Under the pieces are notes generated by a model. That model saw only the letters and a list, made by a program, of their open reading frames with translations, searched no databases and was not told where the DNA came from. Positions 1 to 12,589 of a DNA stretch of 64,000 nucleotides are shown one piece after another; positions within the stretch are counted from its first letter, which is position 1, and the number at the start of each line of letters is the position of its first letter. The DNA lies in NCBI RefSeq assembly GCF_009834535.1, contig NC_045704.1, forward strand, positions 11,780,001 to 11,844,000, given 5' to 3'. This DNA is from Camelus ferus (taxonomy: Eukaryota). Position numbers and translations under genes: made by a program.

Positions 1-199
1 TAAGGAAGAGGCTGGTTTTAACGCTGGTTAAGGGCAATGAGGCTCCCTAGTCGGGAGCCCCTCAGCCTGGAGGGCTCCTCTCCCCTCCAGGTTTCGCTCA
101 GTATCTCCAGGCCTGGGCTGCTTCTACTCGGACAGGGACGTTGCCACCGCGACTGAGAACCGACAAGAGACCTCCAAAGGCCGGGACGAAAATCATCAG

Positions 200-600
200 T
201 TACAGCTTGGAGAAGGCGCGGAAAGAGGGCAGCCAATCAGAAGGCGAGAGCGAAGGTTGCGCTGAGAAACGCAGCCAATAAAAGAGAGAGGATGCTAGCC
301 CAAGGATTTAGCTGCCGGAGGAGGAGACTTGGAAACAACGCGAGCTCACCCGCCAATCAGAGCCGGGGATGACGTCTCGCGCTGTATACGCAAGAAAAAC
401 CGGGCGTTCTCTGCCAGCGTTCCCCGCGAATCAGAAGCTTCGCTCCCTCCCGACGCACAAGCTGATTGGTCACTTTTCAAAACTTGCCTGTCAAATTTGG
501 AAGCTGGGTAAAGGGCATTTCCTTAGAGACGCAAGATCCCGCCTCCGCCCTCCTATCGTAGGAAGGAGGGCCTTAAAGGGCCAGGTACGTGGTAAGTGAG
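200..600 (+). promoter_or_regulatory. CpG-rich promoter-like element with four CCAAT boxes, CRE-like and GC-box motifs, followed by a splice donor
   Basis: CCAAT at 233, 275 and 353; ATTGG at 465; TGACGTC at 370-376; CHR-like TTCAAA at 476-481; CCGCCTCCGCCC near 540; donor G|GTAAGT at 592-597. Confidence 0.6.
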
Positions 601-1674
601 GAGGAAGGACCCTGATGGAATAAATAGGTGAAACAATGATAAAACAAAACCAGAAGCAATGCTGTTACGCTGGAATTGAGCAGTAAGCGCTATCTCGAGC
701 AAAACGGAGATTCAGCTTGCTTTCGGTCACACGCTAGTAAGAAGCGGAGCCAGGATTCGAACCCTCATTTCCTATCCCTGTTTGACATAAGCTCCCTCTT
801 TGGGATAGGACGTAACCGGAGAAATGAGACCTACATGCTAATCACAGTCGCCAGGAAAGGAAAGCCAGCCTTCTTGATAAAAATCTTTCGATTCCAGCCA
901 CCTGGCCTTTGCTTGCACCGTTTCTTCTACATCAAATAACCACTTACCCTAGACCTAGTCCAAAGGCCACCTCCTCTAAAAAAAAAAACCCTCCCCGACC
1001 AGCCCCACCCCGACCCTTGCAAGGAAGCAATAATGTTTTCCGGGTCCCCAATCTTACTCTCCACCTCCTTGCCTCCAGGCAACATCTAACCTGCTTCGGG
1101 ATCTCACAGTTCTGTTCCTCCCTGTGTCCAGGCTCTGATTACCCTAGTTACAGTCTCTCTCCGTTTCTATTCCCTACCCCTTAAAACCGAGAGCCCTTCA
1201 AGGGCAGATACTGGTTCTGCATCACCTCAGGTCACCAGCATTATAAGGGTTCGAGAGAACTCAGAAAGTGAAAGCTAGTCTCTTGGATTTCTCATTCTTA
1301 AAGTGGGATGTTGTGATTCCCCACTACCTCCAGCAGTCCTGTAGCAAGTCCTAATGGTTCTCCCTCCAAAACACATCATAAACCCATTCACATCTTCCCA
1401 TCCCCACTACCCCCACCCTCCTTAGAGTCACCACCGCCCCTGCCTAGACAATGGCAGCTTCCAGTCTTGTACAATCTATTCCCCAACCTGCAGACGCAGT
1501 GCCCTTCTTAAAACATAAATCAAATTATATCACACTTCTGCTGACAAATATTCAAAGTCATCTCAAAGTTCTAGCATTAAAAAAAGAGAGAGAGAAATAA
1601 AGAAAGAAAGACCAAAGTCTTCACTGCAGCTCACAAGGTACTATACAATCTGGCTCATTCGTATGTCTCCATTT

Positions 1675-1830
1675 AAAGTGCAGGCTCTGGAACTGGGGTT
1701 CAAATCCCATGGTTCTACTTACTAGCTCTATGACCTTGAGTAACTTACTTTGCCTCTCTGAGGCACGTTTGATCGTCTGTAAAATGAGGATTAAATAAAT
1801 TAGAATTATTCATTAACATAGGCTGCTATT
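1675..1830 (+). mobile_element. MIR SINE remnant
   Basis: GGGTTCAAATCCC...ACTTACTAGCT.TATGACCTTGAGTAA.TTACTT..CCTCTCTGAG...TCTGTAAAATGAGGAT. Further MIR-like pieces at ~19730, 21710, 28310, 31070, 49020 and 55740. Confidence 0.75.
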
Positions 1831-2996
1831 TTTATAAAATTGACTAGTATTCCTCAGAGCTGTCAAGACTAGAAAAACAAGGAGAGACTGAGCAACCTGC
1901 TGCAGACCAGAGGCGACTAAGGAGAGGATTCAGTGGGATTCTGCATTGGATTCTGGAATAGAGAAAAAGGGGACATTCAACAACTATGCTTGCTCTTTGG
2001 ACTTGTTGGCCTCTCGGCTGGAAATACTCACCTCCCAGATCTGCTGACTCATGCCCACAGCTTCTTTCCTAACCGTCTTATCTAAAATAACCCCCTGCCT
2101 CTGTGCCTCTATGTCCCCTTGCCTTGTCTTCACATCTTCACAGTTCTCATTCACATAGGAAATGTACTATTTGGGTCCGGTCTGTCTCTCTCCTAGCATG
2201 TGAGTTTCACCACCATGTGTCTGTTTCATCCAGGACTAGATCCCCAGCGTCCAGCCTGGGGCCTGGCCTATCGCAGGCACTGAATAATATTTCTTAAATG
2301 AATAGATAAAAGAATGGCTATTGCTTCTCAACACTGCTACCACCACCACCAGGCAATAACAATAAGTAACTCTCATTGGTTAAGGCTCACCGTCATAGTC
2401 CAGATCATGTGGTGACTACTTTACACACGTGATACGTCTTCTAAACCTCACATAAACCTGGAAGGTAATGTTAGCCTCATTTCTCAAAAGCATAGAGACT
2501 AGAAGGACTTAAGCTCACAAAGTAAGTCAGAGACATGGCCTAGAATGGAATCCAGCCCCTAAGATTCCCAGCCTGTCTACTCAACCTTCTGCACTCGGAG
2601 TGTCCAGATATCCAGATTTCCCTAAATGTCCCTTTAGCCCTAAAAAATACCATCAGGCCCCCCTGAGGACAAGGCCCAGAAACAGAGGTGGAGAGAGAGG
2701 AGCGGATAGAACTTCTGGATCTGAGGGAGGAAGGGCCTGCGCTCCCGGGTCTGAGGGAGGACGGAGCTCAGATGCAGGGCTCCTGGATTTCGGGGAGGTG
2801 GGGGCTGCGACCTGAGATACGCAGAGCTGAGGAATCGCAACCGCAAGAACCCAGCCCTGCACGCTTTCCCGAGGCTCTGCGCGGCCCACAAGCCACGCCC
2901 CTTCTAACAAGGCCCCGCCCACTTTCTTTTAGACCCCGCCCCACTCTCTGGGCCCTGGAGAAATCCAGTCGAAGGTGCTAGAAAAGACTTGTGAAG

Positions 2997-4314
<1,318 letters not shown>

Positions 4315-5224
4315 GGGCCTGAGGGTCCTGTACAACCCTGACTCCGGAAGGGCCCCTTGAGGGTCTCCAGGAGGGTGACCTTAGCCCTGCCAGAGATAAC
4401 CCAAGAAACATCTTACTCCCATCCCTCTCCCCCCAAAACCACAGCCTCAGAAGTGGGTCCTCTGAGTCAGCTGGTGAAACTCGGACCTGACTTAGGATCC
4501 CAAAGCAGCCAAAAACAAAAAACAAAAACCAAAACAAAAACCCTGGACCTCATACCTGTACTGAAACCTCTTCTCAATCCTGACACCGTCCCCAACTACA
4601 GCGACAACCCTCACCTCACTCTCAACACCCAGGGCTCCTCCAGCCCATCCTCAACCCCATTCCTAACCCAGAAGGCATTCCTGCCTGCTCTACTGGTCCC
4701 ATCCCATCCATGCACGCTCTCAGTACCATGCTTCCCAACACAGTCATTCCTGTCCTGTTCTTATCCCGTCTCCACCCCAGCCTCCCTCCTTCCCAGCTCC
4801 CTCATCCTCTTTCCCCATCTACCTCAGGCCAGCCCAGTCCTTATCCTTAGCTTCACCTAAACTCCAGCCCCCCAAACACCCCCTCCCCGGTCTTCAACGC
4901 TTGCCAGCCCCACCTGGTCCACAACCTCCTTCCTGTCCCAAGTGTGACATGCCTGGTGACCCCACCTGCAAAGAACCCCATTGGCCCAACCTCTCTAGAC
5001 ACCTGCAGCCCTCACCCCATTTCCTGCCCTGGGGGTGGGGGTGGTGAGGAACCGGCTTGAACAATAAATGGCTGAGCATCCCTATGTCTTGTGTCTGTGT
5101 GTGCTTAACACAGCTGGGCGGACCTAGTGGGTGCCGTGAGTGAGGCCTGTGAGAGGGGGTGGGAGGGTCGCTGGGAGGGTGACAGAGAGAGGCCAGTGGG
5201 GCCAGGGGCTGTGGAGAGGGAGCA

Positions 5225-5436
5225 CCCGGATTCCTGCTTCAGCAAATTCCATCTGGGGCCTCTGCCACCACTGCACTTCTGCCTGCTGGAAGCTACTGGG
5301 CTGTGGGGCCATTGTGCGGGGAGGCTTAAGGGATTTGGGGGACCCGGGAGGCAGAGAGGCCAGTGACCTGGCTAGGCTCAGTCTGCACAGAGGGGCTGAG
5401 GCAGACGGAGGGTTCAGGTCAGGCTCTGTCACACAG
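5225..5436 (+). promoter_or_regulatory. Probable LIM2 proximal promoter and non-coding first exon
   Basis: AT-flanked MAF half-site (TGCTTCAGCAAATT, 5235-5248), SOX-type CATTGT (5310-5315) and donor at 5437. Lens genes are known MAF and SOX targets; function here is inferred. Confidence 0.5.
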
Positions 5437-5469
5437 GTAGGTGCCAGGCACGGGACCTCCTCCCCCAGG

Positions 5470-5848
5470 ACCTAGGTGGCCAGTCCTCCAGCTCCTTCCT
5501 CTCCCGGGGACTTGGTGGGGTCCTAGCCCCTAGCTCCCTCCTCATATAGGACCTGGGAGTCCAGGCCCCCGGCCCACTCCTCTCCACAAAGACTTAGCAT
5601 CCCAGTGCCCAGCCCTTTCTTGGCTTAGGACCTAGGAGTCTAGGCGCCCAACCCCTTTCTACCCTAGGACCCAAGGGTCTAGATCCTCAGCATCTCCTCT
5701 CCCAGACTCAGGAGTCCAGATCACTAGCTCCCTCTGCTCCCCAGACCCAAGGTCCGGGCGACCAGCTTCTTCCTTTCCCTGGGACCTCATGTCCCAGACC
5801 CCAGTCCCCTCCTTCCTCAGGACCCTGGACTCCAGCTCCTGACCTCAT
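5470..5848 (+). repeat. Degenerate MSR1-like ~37-bp minisatellite array (LIM2 intron 1)
   Basis: About 9-10 units resembling CCCAGCCCCTCCTCCCTCAGACCCAGGAGTCCAGGC. Related arrays at ~2710-2790, 13625-13760, 14200-14295, 25200-25295, 34840-35160, 37665-37850, 46400-46740, 58570-59130 and 59600-59830. Confidence 0.75.
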
Positions 5849-5988
5849 NNNNNNNNNNNNNNNNNNNNNNNNNNNNNNNNNNNNNNNNNNNNNNNNNNNN
5901 NNNNNNNNNNNNNNNNNNNNNNNNNNNNNNNNNNNNNNNNNNNNNNNNNNNNNNNNNNNNNNNNNNNNNNNNNNNNNNNNNNNNNNNN
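5849..5988. other. Assembly gap (Ns) covering the LIM2 start codon
   Basis: 140 N directly before the in-frame HQGLW codons. Other gaps: 27676-27812, 38649-38817, 52689-52817, 59131-59421, 61508-61748, 61807-61993. Confidence 0.95.
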
Positions 5989-8900
5989 CACCAGGGCCTG
6001 TGGCGGTACTGTCTGGGCAGCAAGTGCTACCTGCAGACGGAGAGCATCGGTGAGGCTCCGGGGCGGGGTCTGGGCTGGAATCAGAGCCTCCTTCAGGGCG
6101 GAACCTCACAGCCAGAGGGCAACCTCTTTTGCAAATGTAGAACCCTGTGGCTCAGAGAGGGAAAGGGTGCAGCTCAGGGTCACTCAGCATGAAAGGTGCA
6201 GAATTGGGATTTCAGTATTTTTTTCCTAGTACAATTACAGGATGTACTGATTTAGAGGTTGGGTAGAGAGGTGAACATAGAGGTCAGGTTCAGCTGGGGC
6301 TGGGGGTGTCAGAACAGCATTTTCTAAATATCTGCAATGTATCAAGAGCTCTGTTAGGTACCAGGCAGATACAGAAGCGATACGGACCGTACATTTGCTT
6401 AATACTGGATGAGATATTTTTAAATACTTGCTGTGTGCTAAGCCATGTAATATATATGTGCATATGTATATGTGTGTATGTGTGTATGTATATGTGTATA
6501 TAGGTACATACATGTATATATTACACTATATATTGTAAGGGGGATAAAAAAGTACTTACATTATAAGGCTCTTGCAATCTGTATTATATAATATATAGTA
6601 TTATAATATATTTTATATCTCTATGTACCTCTTTCTACATAGGTATATATTTATATATATGTACAATTGTCCCTCAGTATCTTCAGAAAATTGTTTCCAG
6701 GACCCTCAGTGGATACCAAAACCCCTGGATGCTCAAGTCACACAGTCAGTCCTCCGTTTCCATAGTTCCATATTCTCAGTTCCACATCCGCAGTTCTTCA
6801 TCTGGGGATTCAACCAACCGCGGATCGTGTAGTATTGTATGTGTTTATTGAAAAAAATCCACATGCAAGTGGACTTGTGCAGTTTAAACCCATACTGTTC
6901 AAGGGTCAACTGAATATATGTATATATGGAAAGAGAGATACATAGAGATATACAGTGTGTTACATAATATATTATACAATATACATTATATAATACATTA
7001 ATAAATTAATAATATATAGTATATCATGTTTTATATTATATGTATCCAATAATAGTGGCGGTAATAATAATAATAACTGACATGTATTGTTACTGTGTTT
7101 TATGTGCTATTCTAAGTGTTTTGGCTGGATTAACTCCCTTTGGTGCCCCAGCAACACAAAGAGGGTGCTCCCGTTGTGTCTTTGAGTAAGACATGTTACT
7201 GGACCTCAGAAAGCCAATTCTCTTGAGGGGGGTTTGGGGTGAGTGGCCAACCCTTGGTGAGCCCTGTGATGTGACAGGCCTGTGGCAGGAGACTTAGCGT
7301 ACCTCATCTCCCTAAACCTTCCTGTTTGCTGGGGTAAACTGAGGCAGGGAGAAGTGGAAAGACTTGTGGTGGGCCTCCAGCTTCACAAAGCAGTCTGCCT
7401 GACTTTACACATCCTTTTCATTTCTGGCTGTCTTTCTTGTCACACTTCTACCATTCCTCCTGCTTCAGACTGGGAACACCCCCAAGAGACATCCCCAAGA
7501 CCCCCAAGGGTCTTATCTCTGCTGGGGATGGGGAGAGAGCGCGGCAGATGGAGGTCTTCAAGTTCATCTGACAGCTTCTTGACCACAAGACTGAGAACCT
7601 CAGTGACATAACTCACCCCGACTGATTCTTGGGTGTTTGTCCAAACAACTGGTTTGACTTGCTCATCAATTGTATAAGTGGCATAATTTTTCACCAGTCT
7701 TAGAGCAGGAGTCCTGAGCTTGCTTCCCAGGGGCGAAACCCAGCCGAAGACGTATATGTATAGTGTTTTTAAAGTTTCCAAAGTCATTGCCAGTTTTTAA
7801 AAAGGAGGGAGTTTGCAGAGGCGAAGGAGGAGCTACGTCTGGGATACACAGAAAGGCAGGGCATCCCTGCCCTCAGAGGTAGCCTCGTTCACCACTGAGG
7901 GCGGGGGAGGCATGGCAGTGACCCTGGGGTGCTCCCACAGCATACTGGAATGCCACCCGGGCCTTCATGATCCTGTCCTCCCTGTGTGCCACCTCCGGCA
8001 TCGTCATGGGCATCATGGCCTTCGCTCAGCAGCCCACCTTCACCCGCCTCTCCCGGCCCTTCTCCGCAGGCATCATGTTTTTCGCTTCCAGTGAGTGTAT
8101 TGCCCCCTACGCCTACCCCTCTCCCCAGCTCCCTGCCCAGCTCCAACCCCAATCCGTCCTCACCCCCTACACCACTTTCATTCCCTACTTCTCCCTCTCA
8201 ACTCCACCCGCATCCAAATCCCACCTCCAACCCAACCACAACTTCGTGATTATTTCTAATACTAGTCGTTTCTGACACCAGCGAGGCGTACTGCCATTCA
8301 GGTCCGGCACTCACCACCCAGAGCTGGCAGCAGACCCCACAGGTTTAAAGGCATGGTTCCCAACAAGACTGCCCCTACTTCAGCTGCAAGTCGGGTCCCC
8401 AGCCCACCTGCACTTTTAATCAACTGGCTACAGATTCAGGGGTTCCCAGGACCCACTCAGTTTCCAAAAAATTTGCTAGAGCATCTCACAGAACTCAGGA
8501 AAGCATGATGCTTGCAATGACAGTTTTATTATAAAGAATACAACTCAAGACCAGCCAACTAAAGAGATGCACAGGATGAAGCCAGACAGAGTCCTGAACT
8601 TGGAGATTCCATGCCCTCTCCCCACAGAATCTGGGCACATCACCCCCCAGCACATCCATACATTCATCAGCCAGGAAGCTCCAGTGAACTTCAGCATTCA
8701 GAGTTTCTATTGCAGTTTCATTACAAGGACGTGGTTGATTTAATCATTGGTCACGTGACTGAACTCAATCTCCAGCTCCCCTGTCCTCTCCAGAGTTTAG
8801 ACTGATACCAGGAGGCTCAAAGCCCTAACCCTCTATTCCCACAGTTGGTCTTCTGGTGATTGTCTCCCATCCTGAGTCATCTTTGCTCATCAACATAAAC

Positions 8901-9640
8901 TCAGGTGTGATCCAAGAGGCTCAAGAACAACAAAAGACACTCCTATTACTCAGAAAATTCCAAAGATTGAGTTTCCCTCCCGGGAGCCAAAGACCAGTCA
9001 GGTTCTTTGTGACACAATACAACACTGCCCCATCCCCACCCAGCTCTGCTCCCCATTCATTTTTACTCCCACTTCCAACTCAGCCTCCATCCTTACCCAT
9101 ATCCCTACCCACACCCACCCAACCTGTACCCCCTTCTCAATCTCATTTCCACCCTCATCTCTAAACCCAAATCCACCCCTTTCCCACCCACACCCCCCCC
9201 CCCGCCCTCTCTCTCCAGCCTTTTTTGTCCTGCTGGCCTTGGCCATTTACACTGGAGTCACCGTCAGCTTCCTCGGTCGCCGCTTTGGGGACTGGCGCTT
9301 TTCCTGGTCTTACATCCTGGGCTGGGTAGCCCTGCTCATGACCTTCTTTGCAGGTACTGGGTTTGGGGGTGGCAAGGTCAGTGTCTGTGGCAGAGCAGGA
9401 AGCACTTAAGAGGGTGAAATACTGGGGAGTCCCCCAGGACTGAGCCAGAAGGCAGACTCTAAGCCCTGTAGGACACCAGGGAGAAACGGGATGCTGTGTT
9501 GGGGTCTTGGGCTGGGAATGGGGCTGGGAGAACTTGAGGGGGGTGGTGGGTGGTCAACTGGGGTCTCTTCTCATGTAGGAATTTTCTACATGTGTGCCTA
9601 CCGGATGCATGAATGTCGGCGCCTGTCCACTCCCCGCTGA
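5989..9640 (+). CDS. LIM2: Lens intrinsic membrane protein 2 (MP19/MP20), PMP22/claudin superfamily; 5' part of first coding exon hidden in N gap
   Basis: Visible exons: 5989-6049 (HQGLWRYCLGSKCYLQTESI), 7941-8090 (AYWNATRAFMILSSLCATSG...), 9219-9353 (...GDWRFSWSYILGWVALLMTFFA), 9579-9640 (GIFYMCAYRMHECRRLSTPR*). All introns are GT-AG, phase 1. ATG predicted near 5875 inside N gap 5849-5988. Probable non-coding exon 1 ends at 5436 (CAG|GTAGGT). AATAAA at 9908-9913. Confidence 0.97.
6445..6660. repeat. TA/TATG-rich low-complexity tract (continues at ~6915-7075)
   Basis: Alternating TA, TG and TATG runs flanking the Tigger-type element, consistent with a TA insertion target. Confidence 0.8.
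6663..6911. mobile_element. TcMar-Tigger non-autonomous DNA transposon remnant (MER2/MER8-like)
   Basis: Starts CAATTGTCCCTCAGTATC...TTCCAGGACCC...GGATGCTCAAGTC and ends ...CAGTTTAAACCCATACTGTTCAAGGGTCAACTG, resembling recalled MER2/MER8 consensus. Confidence 0.7.
8270..9020. mobile_element. MER21-like LTR in LIM2 intron 3
   Basis: Recalled MER21 motifs CAGACCCCACAGG..TAAAGG, AATTTGCTAGA...CTCACAGAACTCAGG, GAACTCAATCTCCAGC, CAAAAGACACTCCTATTACTCAG. Confidence 0.7.
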
Positions 9641-10089
9641 GCCCAAATGTATGCCCCAACTTCATCTGGAAGTTAAAGTGAGGTCACTGAAGAGGAGGGG
9701 GAGGGTCTAGAGGCCTGAAATCCTGATTCCTAGGGGCATGAGGGGGCTCGGTCCCGGACTCTGGGTGGGGGCCCCTGACTCCTGTGTCCCAAGAGGGAAG
9801 GAGCAAGAATGGGGCCTGGTGGAGGCAGTTGAGAAGACCCAAAGCCCCACCCACCAGGGAGGTTGTTAGAGAAATGGGTTATCCATTAGAACGACTTTCT
9901 GGAGTCTAATAAAACTGATTGAAACTATTGAAGTGTGGTCCCTGAGAGGCTGGGGTGGAGAGAAACAGGGGTGAGTGTGGTAGGTGGGGTGGCGGGTGGT
10001 TGCATTATAGTAGCCCAACCCACCCCGTTTCTGTAGGGATGGGCAGAGAGGTAAACCACACAGTCCCTGCCCTCCTAGGTTCAACTTCC

Positions 10090-10883
10090 AGGAAACCGAT
10101 GTGTAGGTCTAGTTCTGGTGTGTGTTTTCTTCCCGTCACCAAGCAGTTAACTCGACTCTGACACTATCTACCTGGAGAAGGGGTCAGATCAGACAAGTTA
10201 AAGACTCAGACTGATAAGACTACCCCACAGCCCCCCCCAGTTCAGCCACCAATCACAGGTCCTGTTTGTCACCTGTGCTTCTGACCAACCAGCAACAGGC
10301 TGGAGGCTCCCACAACCACCTCCATGGGCTTAATTAATTTGCTAGAGCTGCTCAGAGAACTCAGAGAAACATTTCACCCACTAGATCACCAGCTCAACAT
10401 AAAAGGATGTAAGTCAGAACAGCCAGATAGAAGGCGTGCATGGAGTGAGGGAAGTGGGGAGGGGTGTGAGCTTCCAAGCTCTCTCCAAGGGGGCCACTCT
10501 CCCCCAGAATGCATGTGCACACCAACCCGGAAGCTCTCTGGACCTTTTCCTTTGGGGGGTTTTTATGGAAAGCTCGTTACATAGGAGGATTGATTAAATC
10601 ACCGGCCATCGGTGACTGGACTCAATCTCCAACCTCTCTCTCCTCCCAAGAGCTCAACCAGGTGGGACTGCGAGTTCTAAGTTTCTAATTGTGTGGTTGG
10701 TTCCCCTGGCAACCGGCCCCATCCATCAGTTACCTAGGGGCTTTCCAAAAGTCACCTCATTGGCATAACAAAAGACACCTTGACCGCTCTCAGCACTTAG
10801 GAAATACCTAGAGTTTTAGGAGATCCAGGCCAGAAATGAGGACAAAGACCCAATATATATTTATTCCAAATCAGAATATCACA
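10090..10883. mobile_element. Second MER21-like LTR, same orientation as the first
   Basis: Shares AATTTGCTAGAGC...CAGAGAACTCAG, GACTCAATCTCCA and CATAACAAAAGACACC motifs with the 8270-9020 copy. Confidence 0.7.
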
Positions 10884-10884
10884 G

Positions 10885-11496
10885 TAAGATAATGGAGTCA
10901 CTGAAAATGAGACAGGAAGGGAGGGGACAGGGTTACAGACATTCAAGGAATGACACAGCAATTAATACCAAGATGGTGGGAGATTTGACTTCCAGTTGAG
11001 CTTCCTTATGTACTCACTGTAATATATTAGCATGGTAAATGGCACTCCCACAGGTGCCATGACAGGTCATAAAAGGTCAAAAAGTGGGTGGTGGCCCAGT
11101 TCCTGGGAATCCCCACCCCCTCTCCAAAGTAGTTGGAATAACCCTCCCACTTGTTAGCACGTGAAGTTGCCGAGCTCATAAAAACTAACAGCTTCCACAC
11201 CTGGTGGCTGCTCTCCTTTCTGACTGAGACGGACAGCACTCTGTCGGTGGCATGTGGATCTACTGTTACTTTAAGCTAAGCACCCAACCCCGTGCCACTT
11301 GGCCTTCCTCTTGCTTTCTGAGACAGCCTGCACTCTGTCTCTGGAGTATGTCTCTCTCCGAATAAATCTACTTGTACCCAATGGTGGCTGGCTCTTGAAT
11401 TCTTAACTGCACGGAGCCAAGTCGGGGGGCACATCCCAGGGACTCAACTGAGACCAGGGACGTAGCTGTCCTCTCACTCAACTTTTTCCTGTATCA
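10885..11496 (+). mobile_element. Probable ERV1-class solo LTR
   Basis: ~610 bp ending ...TTTTTCCTGTATCA, with CATAAAA TATA-like motif (~11177), AATAAA (11361-11366) and a typical GGCTCTTGAATTCTT..C..C..GAGCCAAG R/U5 motif. Family not identified. Confidence 0.6.
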
Positions 11497-12589
11497 AAAA
11501 CACCTTTGAAAAAAACAACCTACCTGCCCACGCACGCCGTCTCCAGTTGGCTCCCAAGCTCCTGGCCCCTCCCTGGATGGGCTCCTCCAATTAGGGACAC
11601 TGGAACTCCGACCTGCACGTCCTTCTGCACCTGCCTCTTCACCCGTCATTCATGACCTTGACCTTCTCTTCATCCACTCTTTCATTAGTTCACCCAACAA
11701 ACTGATGCCAACCGTCATGAGATTTACTAATGCTTATCATTTTTAGCAAGGCTAGTTCCAATAATAAGAATATTTACTACAGCCTATGCTAGTAACTGTT
11801 ATATTAATAGAGGCTTACTCTCTAGAAATATTTATTGGGGCCTCCTCAAATAACAATAATACTATATTTATAGAGGCTTCTGCTAATAATAATAGGAATG
11901 GAGGCCTCCTTGTAATTATAATTTATTGAGGACAATTTAAGTAGAAATATTTACTGAGGTTCATTCGAGTCATTGTATTTATAGGGGCTTACTCTAGCAA
12001 TAATCATGTTACACTTATTATGCCAGACTCCTATCTCCAACTTCTTACTCAATATTTCCTCTTGAAAAGAAGAGGCATCTCAAATTTCACATGTCTAAAA
12101 CTGAGTTCCTGATCTCTTTCACCCACCACATCGGCTCCTCCCACAGCCTCCCTCATCTTAGTAAATGGTAAAAGAAAAAAAAAAAAAAAAAAACTCCATT
12201 TTTAGCCAGCTGTTCAAGCCAAAAACATTAGGATCATCCTCCTCCATTGCTTTCTTTCCGTTACATCTTAATGTCTGATTCATCAGCAAAAGGTATTGGC
12301 TCTACCTTAAAAATGTGTTCAATATTTGACTCTTTGCTTAACCACAGTTACCCAGTTACCCCTGATCCAAGCTGCCATCAGCTCTCACCTGGCTTATTGC
12401 CACAGTCTCCTATCCAGCTCTGCCTCTGCCTTACCCACCCCACCCCCAATCCCCCACCCTTGCAATCCACTCTCTACACAGTATCTAGAGGAATTTTTAT
12501 TAAAACATAATTCAAATCATGTCCCTCCTCCGCTCTAAGCCCTCTAGAGACTTGGACCTGGAGGTGGGACGCAGATAAAAATGGAGAGG

